Shown here: in pieces, positions 50,136 to 64,000 of the stretch
Layout of the letters: each line of letters begins with the position of its first letter
Numbering within the stretch: the stretch's first letter is position 1
NCBI GenBank assembly: GCA_964016885.1
Contig: OZ024743.1
Span: 76,260,001 to 76,324,000 of the forward strand
Length of the DNA stretch: 64,000 bases
Reading direction: 5' to 3'
Source: Eledone cirrhosa
Lineage: Eukaryota
Made by a program: the position numbers and the translations under genes
Notes under the pieces: generated by a model
Database searches by the model: none
Seen by the model: only the letters and a program-made list of their open reading frames with translations
What the model was told of the DNA's origin: nothing

Positions 50136-53100
50136 GCACTGTACACTACAACCGTAACACTGTACACTACAGCTGTAACACTGTACACTACAGCAGTAAC
50201 ACTGTACACTACAGCCGTAACACTGTACACTACAGCCGTAACACTGTACACTACAGCAGTAAGACTACACTACAGCCGTAACACTGTACACTACAGCTGT
50301 AACACTACACACTACAGCTGTAACACTGTACACTACAGCAGTAACACTGTACATTACAACCGTGACACTGTACACTACAGCTGTAACACTTTACAGTACA
50401 GCCGTAACACTACACAATAGAGTTGTAACACTGTAGACTACAGCTGTAACACTACACTACATACGTGACACTGTACACTACAGCCGTAACACTCTACACT
50501 ACAGCTGTAACACTCTACACTACAACTGTAACACTGTATATTACAGCCGTAACACTGTACACTACAGCCGTAACACTGAACACTACAACCATAACACAGT
50601 GCACTACAGCCGTAACACTACACATTACAGCCGTAACACTGTACACTACAGCTGTAACACTGTACACTATAGCCGTAACACCACTGTACACTACATCCGT
50701 AACACTGTACACTACAACTATAACAATGTACACTACAGCTGTAACACTACACTACAGCTATAACATCTTCAGTGTTTAGTAGTACGGCTGTAGTGTACAG
50801 CGTTACAGCTGTAATGTAGTCTTGCGGCTGTAGTGTGTAGTGTTACGACTGTAATATAGTGTTACTACACCTGTAACACTATATTACAGTCGTAACACTA
50901 CACACTACAGCCGCAAGACTACATTACAGCTGTAACGCTGTACACGACAGCCGTACTACTAAACACTGAAGATGTAACACTGTACACTACAGCTGTAACA
51001 CTACACTACAGCTGTAACACTCCACACTACAGCCATAACACTGTACACTACAGCTCTAACACTACACTACAGCTGTAACACTGTACACTGAAGATGTAAC
51101 ACTATACACTTCAGCCGTAACATTACACTACAGATGTAACACTACAGCTGTAACACCACTGTACACTACAGTCGTAACACTGTACACTACAGCCATAACA
51201 CTGTACAATACAGCTGTAACACTCCACACTACAGCCGTAACACTACACTACAGCTGTAACACTGTACACAAAAGCCGTAACACTGTACACTACAGCTGCA
51301 ACACTGGACACTACAGCTGTAACACTACAGCCGTAACACTGTACACTACAGCTGCAACACTACACTACAGTTGTAGCACTGTACACTGCAGCTGTAACAT
51401 TGTACACTACAGCCGTAACACTCTACAATACAGCTGTAACACTCCACACTGCAGCCTTAACACTCGACACCACAGCTGTAACACTGTACACTACAGCTGT
51501 AACATTGTACACTACAGGTGCAAAACTAGACACTACAGCCGTAACACTGTACACTACAGCCGTACCACTACATACTATAGCAGTAACACTGTACACTACA
51601 ACCGTAACACTGTACACTACATTCGTGACACTGTACACTACAGCCGTAACACTTTACAGTGCAGCCGTAACACTACATAACAGTCGTATCACTACACACT
51701 AGAGTTGTAACACTGTAGACTACAGTTGTAACACTACACTACATACGTGACACTTGTACACTACAGCCGTAACACTGTACACTAGATACATGACAGTGTA
51801 CACTAGAGCTGTAACACTGTACACTACAGCTGTAACATTGTACAGTACAGCCGTAACACAACACTACAGCCGTAACAATGTACACTACAGCTGTAACACT
51901 GTACACTACATATCTAACGCTGTACACTACAGTTGCAACACTGTGCACTACAGCTGTAACACTACACTACAGCCGTAACACTACACTACAGCAGTAACAC
52001 TGTGCACTATAGCTGTAACACTACACTACAGCTGTAACACTCTACACTGCAGCTGTAACACTGTATACTACAGCTGTAACACTGGACACTACAGATGTAA
52101 CACTGTACACTACAGCTGTAACACTGGACACTACAGCTGTAACACTGTACACTATAGCTGTAACACTGTACACTACAGCCATAACACTCTACACTACAGC
52201 TGTAACACTCTACACTACAGCTGTAACACTGTATATTACAGCCGTAACACTGTACACTACAGCTCTAACACTGGACACTACAGCTGTAACACTGTACACT
52301 ATAGCTGTAACACTGTACACTACAGCCATAAAACTCTACGCTACAGCTGTAACACTCTACACTACAGCTGTAACACTGTATATTACAGCCGTAACACTGT
52401 ACACTACAGCCGTAACACTGGACACTACAACCATAACACAGTACACTACAGCCGTAACACTACACATTACAGCCGTAACACTGTACACTACAGCTGTAAC
52501 ACTGTACACTATAGCCGTAGCACCACTGTACACTACAGCCGTAACACTGTACACTACAACTATAAAAATGTACACTACAGCTGTAACACTATATTACAGT
52601 TGTAACACTACACACTACAGCCGTAAGACTACACTACAGCTGTAACGCTGTACACTACAGCCGTACTACTAAACACTGAATATGTAACACTGTACACTAC
52701 AGCTGTAACACTACAGCTGTAACACTTCAAACTACAGCCGTAACACTGTACACTACAGCTCTAACACTACACTACAGCTGTAACACTGTACACTGAAGAT
52801 GTGACAATATACACTTCAGCCGTAACATTACACTACAGCTGTAACACCACTGTACACTACAGTCGTAACACTGTACACTACAGCCATAACACTGTACACT
52901 ACAACTGTAACACTCCACGCTACAGCCGTAACACTACACTACAGCTGTAACACTGTACACTACATCCGTAATACTGTACACTACAGCTGCAACACTGGAC
53001 ACTACAGCTGTAACACTACACTACAACCGTAACACTGTAAACTACAGCTGTAACACTACACTATAGACGTAACACTGTACAGTACAACCGTAACACTGTA

Positions 53101-56100
53101 CACTACAGCTGCAACACTACACTACAGTTGTAACACTGTACACTACAGCTGTAACATAGTACACTATAGCCGTAACACTCTACAATAGAGCTGTAACACT
53201 CCACACTACAGCATTAACACTCGACACTACAGCAGTAACACTCTACACTAACAGGTGCAAAACTCGACACTACAGCCGTAACACTGTACACTACAGCCGT
53301 AACACTACACACTACAGCAGTAACACTGTACACTACAGGTGTAACACTGTACACTACAGCTGTAACACTACACTACAGCCGTAACACTCTACACTACATC
53401 TGTAACACTCTACACTACAGCCGTAACACTACACTACAGCCGTAACACTCTACACTACAGCTGTAACACTCTACACTACAGCCGTAATACTACACTACAG
53501 CTGTAACGCTCCACACTACAGCCGTAACACTACACTACAGCCGTAACACTGTACACTACAGCTGTAACACTGTACACTAGAGCTGTAACGCTGTACACTA
53601 CAGATGTAACGCTATACACTGCAGCTGTAACAGTACACTAAAGCCGTAACACTAAACTACAGCTGCAACACTGGACACTACAGCTGTAACATTGTACACT
53701 ACAGCTGTAACACTGTACACTACAACTGTAATACTACACTACAGCGGTAACACTACACTACAGCCGTAACACTCTACACTACAGCCTTAACACTACACTA
53801 CTGTTGTAACACTGTATACTACAGCTGTAACACAACACACTACAGCTGTAACACTGTACACTACAGCTGTAACACTAACCACAGCTGTAACACTGTAGAC
53901 TACAGCCGTAACACTACCCTACAGACGTAACACTAACTACAGCCCTAATACTCTGCACTACAGCCGTAACACTTCACTACATCAGTAACACTCTACACTA
54001 CAGCTGTATCACTCCACACAACAGCCTCAACTCTACACTACAGATGTAACACTACACACTACAGCTGTAACACTGTACACTACAGCCGCAACACTAACTA
54101 CAGCTGTAACACTGTAGACTACAGCCGTAACACTAACTACAGCTATAACACTAACTACAGCTATAACACAGTACACTACAGCTGTAATACTACACTACAG
54201 CCGTAACACTACACACTACAGCCGTAACACTACACTACAGCAGTAACACTACATTACGGCCGTAACACTGTACACTACAGCTGTAACACTGTACACTACA
54301 TCCGCAACACTACACACTACAGCTATAATACTGTACACTACAGCTGTAACACTGTACACTACAGCTGTAACACTGTACACTATATCCGCAACACTACATA
54401 CTACAGCTATAACACTGGACACTACAGCTGTAACACTATACATTACAACTGTAACACTACACAACAGCCATAACACTGTACACAACAGCTGTAACACTAC
54501 ACTACAACTGTAACACTGTACACAACAGCTGTAACACTACACTACAACTGTAACACTGTACACTACAGCAGTAATACTACACTACAGCAGTAATACTACA
54601 CTACAGCCGTAACACTACACTACAGCCGTAACACTGTACACTACAGCTGTAATATTACATTACAGCAGTAACACTGTACACTACAGCTGTAATACTACAC
54701 TACAGCCGTAACACTACACTACAGATGTAACACTACACACTACAGCTGTCACACTGTACATTACAGCCGTAAAACTACACTTCAGCCGTAACACTTAACA
54801 CTACAGCTATAACACTGTACACTACAGCCGTAACACTACACACTACAGCCGTAAAACTACACTACAGCTATAACTCTGTACACTACAGCCGTAACACTGA
54901 ACACTACAGCTGTAACACTACACTAAAGCCGGAACACTACACTACAGCAGTAACACCACAAGACACTACAGCTGTAACACTATACTACAACTGTAACACT
55001 CTGCACTACAGCTGTAACACTACACTACCGTTGTAACACTACACTACCGATGTAACACTGTACACTACATCTGTAACACTACACTACAGCTGTAACACCA
55101 CTGTACACTACAGCTGTAACACTACATTACAGTCGTAACACTGCAGACTACAGCCTTAACACTACACTACATCTGTAACACTGTACACTACAGCCCTAAC
55201 ACTTCACTACAGCCGTAACACTGTACACTGCAGCCGTAAAACTACACTACAGTCGTACCACTGGACACTACAGCCATAACACTGTACACTACAGCCGTTA
55301 CACTACACACTACAGCCGTAACACTGAACACTACAGCTATAACACTACACTAAAGCCGTAACACTACACTACAGCAGCAACACTACAACTGTAACACTGT
55401 ACACTACAGCTTAAACACTGTACACTACAGCTGTAACACTACACTACCGCTGTAACACTGTACACAATAGCTGTAATACTACACTACCGCTGTAACACTG
55501 TACTACAACTGTAACACTCTGCACTACAGCTGTAACACTACGCTACAGTTGTAACACTACACACTACAGCTGTAACACTACACTACCGCTGTAACACTAC
55601 ACTACCGATGTAACACTGTACACTACAGCTGTAACACCACTGTACACTACAGCTGTAACACTACATTACAGTCGTAACACTGTACACTACAGTCGCAACA
55701 CTACAGCCGTAACACTGTACACTACAGCCGTAAAACTACACACTACAGCAGTAACACTGTACACTACAGCAGTAACAGACCACACTACAGCTGTAACACT
55801 ACACTACAGCTGTAACACTAGATTACAGCCGTAACACTGTACACTACAGTGGTAAAACTACACACTACAGCCTTAACACTGTACACTTCAGCCGTAACAC
55901 TCTAGACTTCAACCTTAACACTACACTACAGCTGTAACACTGTACACTACAGCCGTAACACTACACTACAGTCGTAACACTACACTACATTTGTAACACT
56001 GTACACTACAGCCATAACACTACACTACAGCCGTAACACTGTACACTACAGCCGTAACACTACACTACAGCTGTAACACCACTACATACTACAGCCGTAA

Positions 56101-57082
56101 CACTGTACACTACAGCTGTAACACCACTACACACTACAGCCGTAACACTGTACACTACAACCGTAACACTACACTCTACAGCAGTAACACCACATACTAC
56201 AGCAGTAACACTGAACACTACAGCAGTAACAGACCACACTACAGCCGTAACACTACACACTACAGGAGTAACATTGTACACTACAGCAGTAACAGACCAC
56301 ACTACAGCTGTAACACTACACTACAGCTGTAACACTACATTACAGTCGTAACACTGTACACTACAGCCGTAACACTACACTACAGCCGTAACACTACACA
56401 CTACAGGCTTAACACTCTACACTGCAGCCGTAACACTGTATACTACAGCAGTAACACAGTATACTACGACAGTAACACTACACACTACAGCAGTAACACT
56501 GTACACTACAGCAGTAACACCACTACACTCTACAGCAGTAACACTGTACTACACTACAGCAGTAACAGACCACACTACAGCCGTAACACTCTACACTACA
56601 GCGGTAACACTGTACACTACAGCTATAACACTACACTACAGCCGTAACACTACACTACAGCAGGAACAGACCACACTACAGCTGTAACACCACTACACAC
56701 TACAGCTGTAACACTGTACACTACAGCAGTAACAGACCACACTACCGCTGTAACACCACTACACACTACAGCCGTAACACCACTACACACTACAACCGTA
56801 ACACCACTACACACTACAGCAGTAACACTGTACACTACAACAGTAACAGACGACACTACAGCTGTAACACCACTACACACTACAGCCGTAACACCACTAC
56901 ACACTACAGCAGTAACACTGTACACTACAACAGTAACAGACGACACTACAGCCGTAACACCACTACACACTACAGCCGTAACACCACTACACACTACAGC
57001 TGTAACACCACTACACACTACAGCTGTAACACCACTACACACTACCGCTGTAACACCACTACACACTACAGCCGTAACACCA
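50136..57082. repeat. ~7-kb minisatellite, base unit CTGTACACTACAGC(C/T)GTAACA (21 bp) with 19- and 24-bp variants
   Basis: Read directly. Internal inversion at 50763-50865. Confidence 0.97.
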
Positions 57083-57337
57083 GATAAATAATCATTTAAA
57101 TGGAGCTAAGTTTAAAATGTAACTTTGAAAGAATAACAGATAAATGTCACCAATATTCGTCTATGAGGAAGTCAGATATTTACCTAATTTTTCCTGTTAG
57201 TCCGTAGAAATTACCTGAACAAATCATCATTTAAACCGAGCTAATGTATATATAAATGTGTATATACATATATACAATAGAATTTATAACATTAAGTTCT
57301 AGTTTGAATATGTCACTATCTGTAAACCAACTTTTTG

Positions 57338-57398
57338 TATTTTATCTGATGAGAGCGCACCAAAATGTTGGTACCCTTGAAATATGTGTAATAAAATA
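57338..57398 (+). ncRNA. Type-I hammerhead ribozyme motif
   Basis: TATTTTAT-CTGATGA-[stem II incl. ACCAA-AATG-TTGGT]-GAAA-TATGTG-TA-ATAAAATA; stem III degenerate. Confidence 0.65.
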
Positions 57399-57502
57399 AA
57401 TATGGTTTTATAAAGATAATTTCCATTTATTAATATTTGAAACAATATATATATGTGTGTGTGTATACACATAAATATGTGTATGTGTGCGTGTGTGTTT
57501 GA

Positions 57503-57645
57503 AGGTACGTAACTTAGTGGATAAAGTGTCAGATTCTAGATCACGAGGTGGCGTGTTCGATTCATGAACCGGGGGTACGTTGTGTCCTTGAGCAAGACAC
57601 CTTATTTCACGTTATTCCAGTTTACTCAGCTGTAGAAATGAGTTG
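57503..57645 (+). mobile_element. tRNA-derived SINE (family 2)
   Basis: GTTCGATTC, then TGTGTCCTTGAGCAAGACACCTTATTTCACGTT. Confidence 0.75.
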
Positions 57646-57688
57646 CGAAATGTGTGTGCGTGTGTGTGTGTGTATTATGCATATATAC

Positions 57689-57730
<42 letters not shown>

Positions 57731-57753
57731 ACGTATATATGCATAATACACAC

Positions 57754-57796
<43 letters not shown>

Positions 57797-58217
57797 TTTT
57801 TTCCTTCCGAGCAAGGAAGATGGGGAAAAATACTTACCTCAACACTTAATTTTAAAGCTTTAATTTTTAGCTTTTAATTCCTATTAATTCTTTTTAATTG
57901 TAATACTCAACATTTGATAAGATGAATTTTAATAATACATCAAAACGGGTAATACGTTATATACATTATATACTTTATCTACTTTATCTACTTTATCTAC
58001 TTTATATACATTATAAAACTCTCTTTTAAAAGAATTGTTTCCTCTCATATGTTCAATAATGTCACTTTAACGAATCAAAGAAAGAAAAAATAAAAGAAAA
58101 ACAGACCCTAAAATATATTTTCCGTGCTATTTCCAACTTCACTTTCTCTCTCTCTCTCTATATATATATATAGATATATCTATATCTATATATATATATA
58201 TATATATATATATCTAT

Positions 58218-58282
<65 letters not shown>

Positions 58283-58792
58283 TCGATTTCCTCTCCACTT
58301 TATATAATCTCCACCCGCGTCTCCCCCTTCATTCCTGCCACACCCCGTTTCTTCCCCTCTCAATGAACACTCCATCTGCTTGTATTGCCATATCCACCTT
58401 TCAACATCCGCTCATCGACCCACCACCTTTCAATCATGTAAACAACATCCATCCAACCCTCTTCGCCGCTCCATCCTTCCATCTATATCTTTATCTATCG
58501 CTCTAGACATCCAGCCATCTATTTAGCCAACAATTTAACCGTACATCCACCAATCGATTCACCCATCCCTCCCTCTCTCCATCTCACATTCCCTCCCTCC
58601 ATCCCTCCATCCAACCATCCATCCTCCCCCACCCCCTCCATCCACCTCTCCCTCCACCCCTGTCTACACCTCCCCCGCCGCCACCATCCATACACTCTCC
58701 CTCCATCCATCCACGTATCCAGCCAACCATCCCTCAACCCATTTATCCAGTCAGTCGACCATATCGACATTTCGACAACAATGACAAGTCTT

Positions 58793-58871
<79 letters not shown>

Positions 58872-58884
58872 ACATACACACACG

Positions 58885-58922
<38 letters not shown>

Positions 58923-59214
58923 CGCACACACATGTATCAGACGGACCGCCACAGGAAGTGGAGCGGAACTATGTTTCAATGAAGCAAATCTAATCCAACT
59001 GCACACGCCTGGTTTGTCCACCATACTGTCGAAGATGTGTAGGAACTGTTGGGAAGGGAGAGAAGTGAATTGGTTCTGTTATAGGGTATTAGAATAGAAT
59101 CCAAGATGGACGTCTAGACGGGCTTCTGGCCAATTTCTTTCTCTCCCTTATTCGACATATTTCTTTTTTGAATTTATTTAATATTTGCTTATTTAGGCTT
59201 CATTTCAATTCTAC

Positions 59215-59520
59215 TACTACTAATAATAATATTATTTCATTTATTGGCCACAAGGGCCGACATCTAAGGGACAATACAAAGACAGGGACAGTGGGGGTTT
59301 ACAATAAGGTCGAGTAAAAGTGCACAATGGCAAGACTAATTTAACAATGCAGATATGAAAATATAAAATAAACTATGCATAAATGATAATAATAATAACA
59401 ATAATAATAATGATAATAATGGTTTCATTTATTGGCCACAAGGGCCGACATATAGGGAATAATACAAAGACAGGGACAGTGGGGAGGGGATTTACAATTA
59501 GATCGAATAAAAATACATAA
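59215..59520 (-). repeat. Two tandem LINE-like 3' tails ending CTTGTGGCCAATAAATGAAA-(TTA)n
   Basis: Duplicated block. A similar terminus occurs at 29708-29790. Confidence 0.6.
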
Positions 59521-59570
59521 TAACAAAAACAGTTAACAATAAAAATATATAAAAATATATTTAAAAAAAC

Positions 59571-59602
<32 letters not shown>

Positions 59603-59617
59603 ATGGTTTTTCAAATA

Positions 59618-59654
<37 letters not shown>

Positions 59655-60532
59655 CAAAATAGGAATGACAATAATGGCGGATTGATTGAGCAGAATATTA
59701 AACTATTTTCTTCTGATGCAGAACGTAAAATGGGGTTCGATAGTAAAGTTTTCAATGGAGACATTGAAAATTATCAATTTTTCTTTTTCATTTTTTTTCT
59801 TTTTCTGTTTTTCTTTGTTTTGTTTTTGATTTTTTTTTTGGTTTTGATTTTTCTATATTTTTCTTTCGACAAGATGTTAACCGATAATTTCATAATTTAA
59901 TAAAGAATATTCGGGGCATAAAATTTGTCTTCGGTATTTATGGAGAAAAGAATTGTACGCTTCTGTCTCTCGTCACTGTCAACGAAGTTTTATGTAAAAA
60001 AAATAAAAATTTCTTTTCAATATACCAACATAATATAAAAACTAGCTAATATTATCAAACAATTGAACTCATCCACCATCCAATATATTATTCACCGTGA
60101 TATAAACTCTCCGCAGATTGTGATCATATGACAACTTCAAATCAACTGTTTAGAGTTGTATCAAATCGATTAGTTGGTTATGCTCTAGTGATTGTATGTT
60201 TATGCTTCAGTTATGTCTGTCATCAATTTAACTGCCAGTTGGCGTTCATATCAGACAGAACTTATTGCAATGGATTATGTTTAATTGATTGCCCAGACGT
60301 TAAATGACATCTTAGAAGACACATGCTGGGCAAGCCTTCTATTCATATCGTATGGGATTCGGTGTATTTCACACTGATTTGGGATTCATGAGCAAGGACA
60401 AACCTTTAGCCCCAATACTTTCTTTATGTTGAAATTAAGACAACTTAACGCACTAGTTGCATTTATAAAGCGTGGATTACCTTATTTCGTCTTAATCTCA
60501 TACTATTATCAAACCCATCTGGTCCAAGACTA

Positions 60533-60945
60533 TTTCTTCTTCTTCTTCTTCTTCTTCTTCTTCTTCTTCTTCTTCTTCTTCTTCTTCTTCTTCTTCTTCT
60601 TCTTCTTCTTCTTCTTCTTCTTCTTCTTCTTCTTCTTCTTCTTCTTCTTCTTCCTGAGAGGGTTGTGGGGGCAAAGTCCTCAAACACTCCTTCTAGCGGG
60701 TCCTGTCAGAAGCAACTGTTTCCAACAGATTCGACTGGATCTCCAAGCAAGGTCAGCCAAGGTCAGCCAAGCTCATGGATGCTATCCAACCATCTTGCTC
60801 GGGTCTACCTCTGGGTGTCCTGTCGATTAGTTTTGCCAGTAAAATCTGTCCAGCAATTCTTTCCTGAGACATTCTAACCACATGTCCATAGTATCAGAGC
60901 TGTGACCTCTCAATTCGGAGAAGTAGTGGTTTTACCTGGAGTGAC
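60533..60945 (-). mobile_element. RTE 3' end with long (AAG)n tail
   Basis: Translates PLLLRIERSQL*YYGHVVRMSQERIAGQIL...PRGRP.ARWLD. Confidence 0.85.
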
Positions 60946-61394
60946 TCTTTTACATTACGTGATGATAAATAAACTATATAGTAAATGGATCTTCGACAGT
61001 TTCGGCGATGACAGCTCTAATTGTGTCATCAATAGAATGCCTTACTCATTAAATATATGTGTAACTGGCTGAGTATTCCACAGACACCCCTACCCTTAAT
61101 GTAATTCTCAGCGTGACACGCTTTTTGACAAGGCTAGCCTTTTGCATTTCAGGTATAGCCCATTTGATGTCTAACCATTTTCACTAAAATTACGGGATGG
61201 TCACGGCTGAGTGGCCTATGATCTTAATTCTCTTATATCCACACTTCGTTTTGTTTCAGACTCAATATAACTAGGACTATATTTTCTAGTGTCCTTTTCT
61301 TTGAAAATACTTTCGTGGCTGTTTGACTGTTATTTCTAACAGATCGAGCGACTGTGTATAGAACCCCTCGTTAGTTAGAGGCTCCAGTGCACAC

Positions 61395-61722
61395 TATTGA
61401 AGTATTTGAGACTATTCAACAGCAGTCGTAATATAATCAGCTTGTCTCCCCACAGCTCCGGCGGACAGAATGGAGAAGGCGTTTCCCCGGAGGACGGCAA
61501 GGGAGACGCGCTGGAAAAGCCACTCCAGCTCCCGGAGCTTATACCTTCGGCTGGCCAGCTCAGTGCCTATGGTGGTAAGTAGGGAGGTAGCCCTAGGGCC
61601 GAGGACACCAGAAGTCTCCATTGCCAAGAGTACAACCGCAAACCTGTCGGAGAGCGACCGGTATTTGAAGAGTTTGGCCACCTCAGCCTGACGTGCAGCA
61701 GAACCTGGGTTAGACGCAGTTA
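61395..61722 (-). mobile_element. CRE-clade (REL endonuclease) LINE 3' fragment
   Basis: Translates AARQAEVAKLFKY..AMETSGVLGP..LFQRVSLAVLRGNA. Confidence 0.8.
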
Positions 61723-62278
61723 GAGGCTTCCTCGCTCTCTAGATGCGATTAGATTACAAGCCTACTTCTCTAGAATATCAGCCTATGGTGACAATAATGT
61801 CATTGGAATTTTGAAGCTAGATAAAATTTCAATGTTTCTATTGTAATTTCGTTGAAGGTTAAGTCTCTTTGATAAAGCATGCTAGACATAATGTATTTTA
61901 TTTAAAATAGTGTCACGCTAGATATGTCTTATTTAAAATAAAATGCTAAAAAGTTGTTCAAAATAACTGGATAGCATGTGAGACTTGAAGTTGAGACTTC
62001 ATATTCAAATGGATGAAAGAAGTTACTTGTAGAGAGAGATTGGAAATAAGCTAACAGGGGAACCGGAGAAGAATTATCACTCGCACCACGAAATTCTTTT
62101 GTCTATTTATTGGTGGCTTTATTCATGGAAGTTATAGTAATGTTTTCTCACTCACATTTTATATTTTTGAAACATTTAAATTGTCACAAAACACGACTGA
62201 TTAATTCAGTTTAAATCTGACATGATTTGATTAAATGGACAAGAAATATCGATATTACATAACCTACAAGAAATGATA

Positions 62279-62410
62279 GGCGGCGAATTGGCAGAGGCGT
62301 TAGAACGTCAGATAGAAAGCTTTGTTGTGTTCGTTTTGACTCTCTTCGCTCTGAGTTCAATTCCTGCCGAGATCAACTTCGCCTTTTATTCTTTTAAGGT
62401 CAATAAAATA
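62279..62410 (+). mobile_element. Family-1 SINE, diverged
   Basis: GGCGGCGAATTGGCAGA..GAGTTCAATTCCTGCCGAG. Confidence 0.75.
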
Positions 62411-62778
62411 GAACAGCACACATCATGCACAGAGAGAGGTGGGGTTCATTGGGCAAGGGATATTCATTTCCTTAATGTATCCCATGATGGGGCGAGTTAA
62501 ATATAGAATACATATTAACAAATGACTGGTAAGTTTCAAAAAAGCCGGTAGAATGCGGTAGAAAACTCAAAAAGAGTAAAGGATGACAAGTAACACAAAA
62601 CAAAGAAATGTTTTATTCAGTATATTTAAACATAATATTTCAGGCATATCACACCCTTTTCAGATTTGAAAGAGAAACGGTTCATAACAAAAATGTATCA
62701 AACAGAGTACATAGTATTATTACATCGTTGGCATCAGTTTAGGTAGCGAAAATGTGAGAGGAAAATCCAAAATATTTA

Positions 62779-62820
<42 letters not shown>

Positions 62821-62837
62821 GTTGTTGTTGTTGTTAT

Positions 62838-63605
62838 TCCTTGAATCTCAGTCATTGATGTTGGTTAACTGGAAAGTCCGTTGGATTGAATATCAAGCCA
62901 CTACCTGCAGCCTCAGATATTCAGGACGTATCGGAGGGTTCTTGCTGTTCCAAGCAAGCATGCCTTTTGAAGCGTCCCAAAAAGCGTGAAGGGGCCGATT
63001 TTCTTTAACCATCCCTGGAAACTTTTGGAGATAGTCCCCAGTGCGCCTATGACAACCGGGATCACTTTGACTTCGTGGCAGTTCCAAATCCTTTTCACCT
63101 CCCACTTTAGGTCCTGGTATCGGTTAATTTTCTCCCTCTCCTTCTCTTGCACTCTCGTGTCGAACGGGCAGGCCACATCCACAATCAGACACGATCTTTT
63201 TTCTTTGTCCACAACCACCAGGTCAGGTCTATTGTGTTCCAGTTTTTTGTCCGTCTGTATCCTAAAATCCCACAGCACCTTCACCTGATTGTTCTCCATC
63301 ACCGCCTCTGGCCTATGCTCATACCATTTCTCAGAATGTGGTAAATTGTTTACTTTGCACAGGTGCCAGTGGATCACCCTGCCCATCACATCGTGTCTCC
63401 AGCCCTTATAGTGGGTCTGGGCTAGGTGTTTACACTCGGACACAATGTGAGCCACAGTCTCCTCTCTCTCTCCACAGATCCTGCACAGTGGGCTAGCCTC
63501 CTCCTTGTAAATATGGTGCTTCAACCACTTCGTTTTGAGGGCCTGCTCCTGCGCAGCCATTAGCATTCCTTCTGTAGCCTTTTTGAGGTCTGTGGATCTG
63601 GTTGA
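62838..63605 (-). mobile_element. 5'-truncated R4/Dong LINE (CCHC knuckle + REL endonuclease) in (TAA)n
   Basis: ORF 62913-63566: CRIC..ETVAHIVSEC, RHD, NRPDLV..IVDVACP..EKINRY, PVVIGALG. (TAA)n on both sides. Confidence 0.92.
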
Positions 63606-63607
63606 GA

Positions 63608-63651
<44 letters not shown>

Positions 63652-63660
63652 CATTATCAA

Positions 63661-63852
63661 GAGCGGTGGATTGGCAGTATCGGTAGAGGGTCGGACGCCA
63701 TGCTTTACAGCATAGAGTTACGGCCCTTTATGGTCTGAGTTCAAATCCCGTCGAGGTTAACTTTGCCTTTCATCCTTACGGGGTCGATAAAATAAAGTAC
63801 CAGTAATGTACTGAGATAATTGCTGGCCTTGTGCCAAAAGCAGAAACAATTA
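63661..63852 (+). mobile_element. tRNA-derived SINE (family 1), near consensus
   Basis: Full A box, B box, core and tail. Confidence 0.9.
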
Positions 63853-64000
63853 TTGTTATCATCATCATAACCTTAATCTCCATTATCACCATCTTCTTTT
63901 TCTTCTTCGTTGTCATCATCATCATCAACGTCATCATCATCATCTTCTTCTTTAATATCATTAAGGGTGGTGGTTGACAGCAACTGTAGAACGATAATCA

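Noticed and set aside
50124-57066. Mucin-like Thr-rich ORFs (TLYTTAV)n
   Set aside because: The frame is broken constantly by 19-bp units and an inversion, with no splice or signal evidence.
62630-62670. Hammerhead-like CTGAAAA..GAAA on the minus strand
   Set aside because: The core has an uncompensated G8A change and a poor stem I; at best a decayed relic.

Overview
Eukaryotic, very microsatellite-rich, apparently intergenic or intronic DNA. A coleoid cephalopod such as octopus is inferred from the tRNA-SINE families and the repeat landscape; this is not proven. No host gene could be called, and nearly all short ORFs in the track are microsatellite artefacts. The only intact CDS is a 1181-aa RTE-clade LINE ORF (APE endonuclease, RT and three C-terminal C2H2 fingers) in an apparently full-length element at ~13811-17980 (-). 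Non-autonomous mini-derivatives made of its 5' and 3' ends accompany it, and a complementary stem brackets the ORF. Also present: a decayed Penelope-like element; 3' fragments of RTE, CR1, R4/Dong, CRE and Tx1-like LINEs; about 15-20 tRNA-derived SINE copies; non-autonomous Helitrons; a piggyBac-type MITE; and several minisatellites, including a ~7-kb 21-bp array with an internal fold-back. The most striking pattern is more than 10 minimal type-I hammerhead ribozyme motifs of unrelated sequence. They sit in short, often palindromic cassettes, mostly embedded in (TA)n tracts, and resemble Penelope pseudo-LTRs or retrozymes. All coordinates were read by eye and are approximate unless a motif is quoted.
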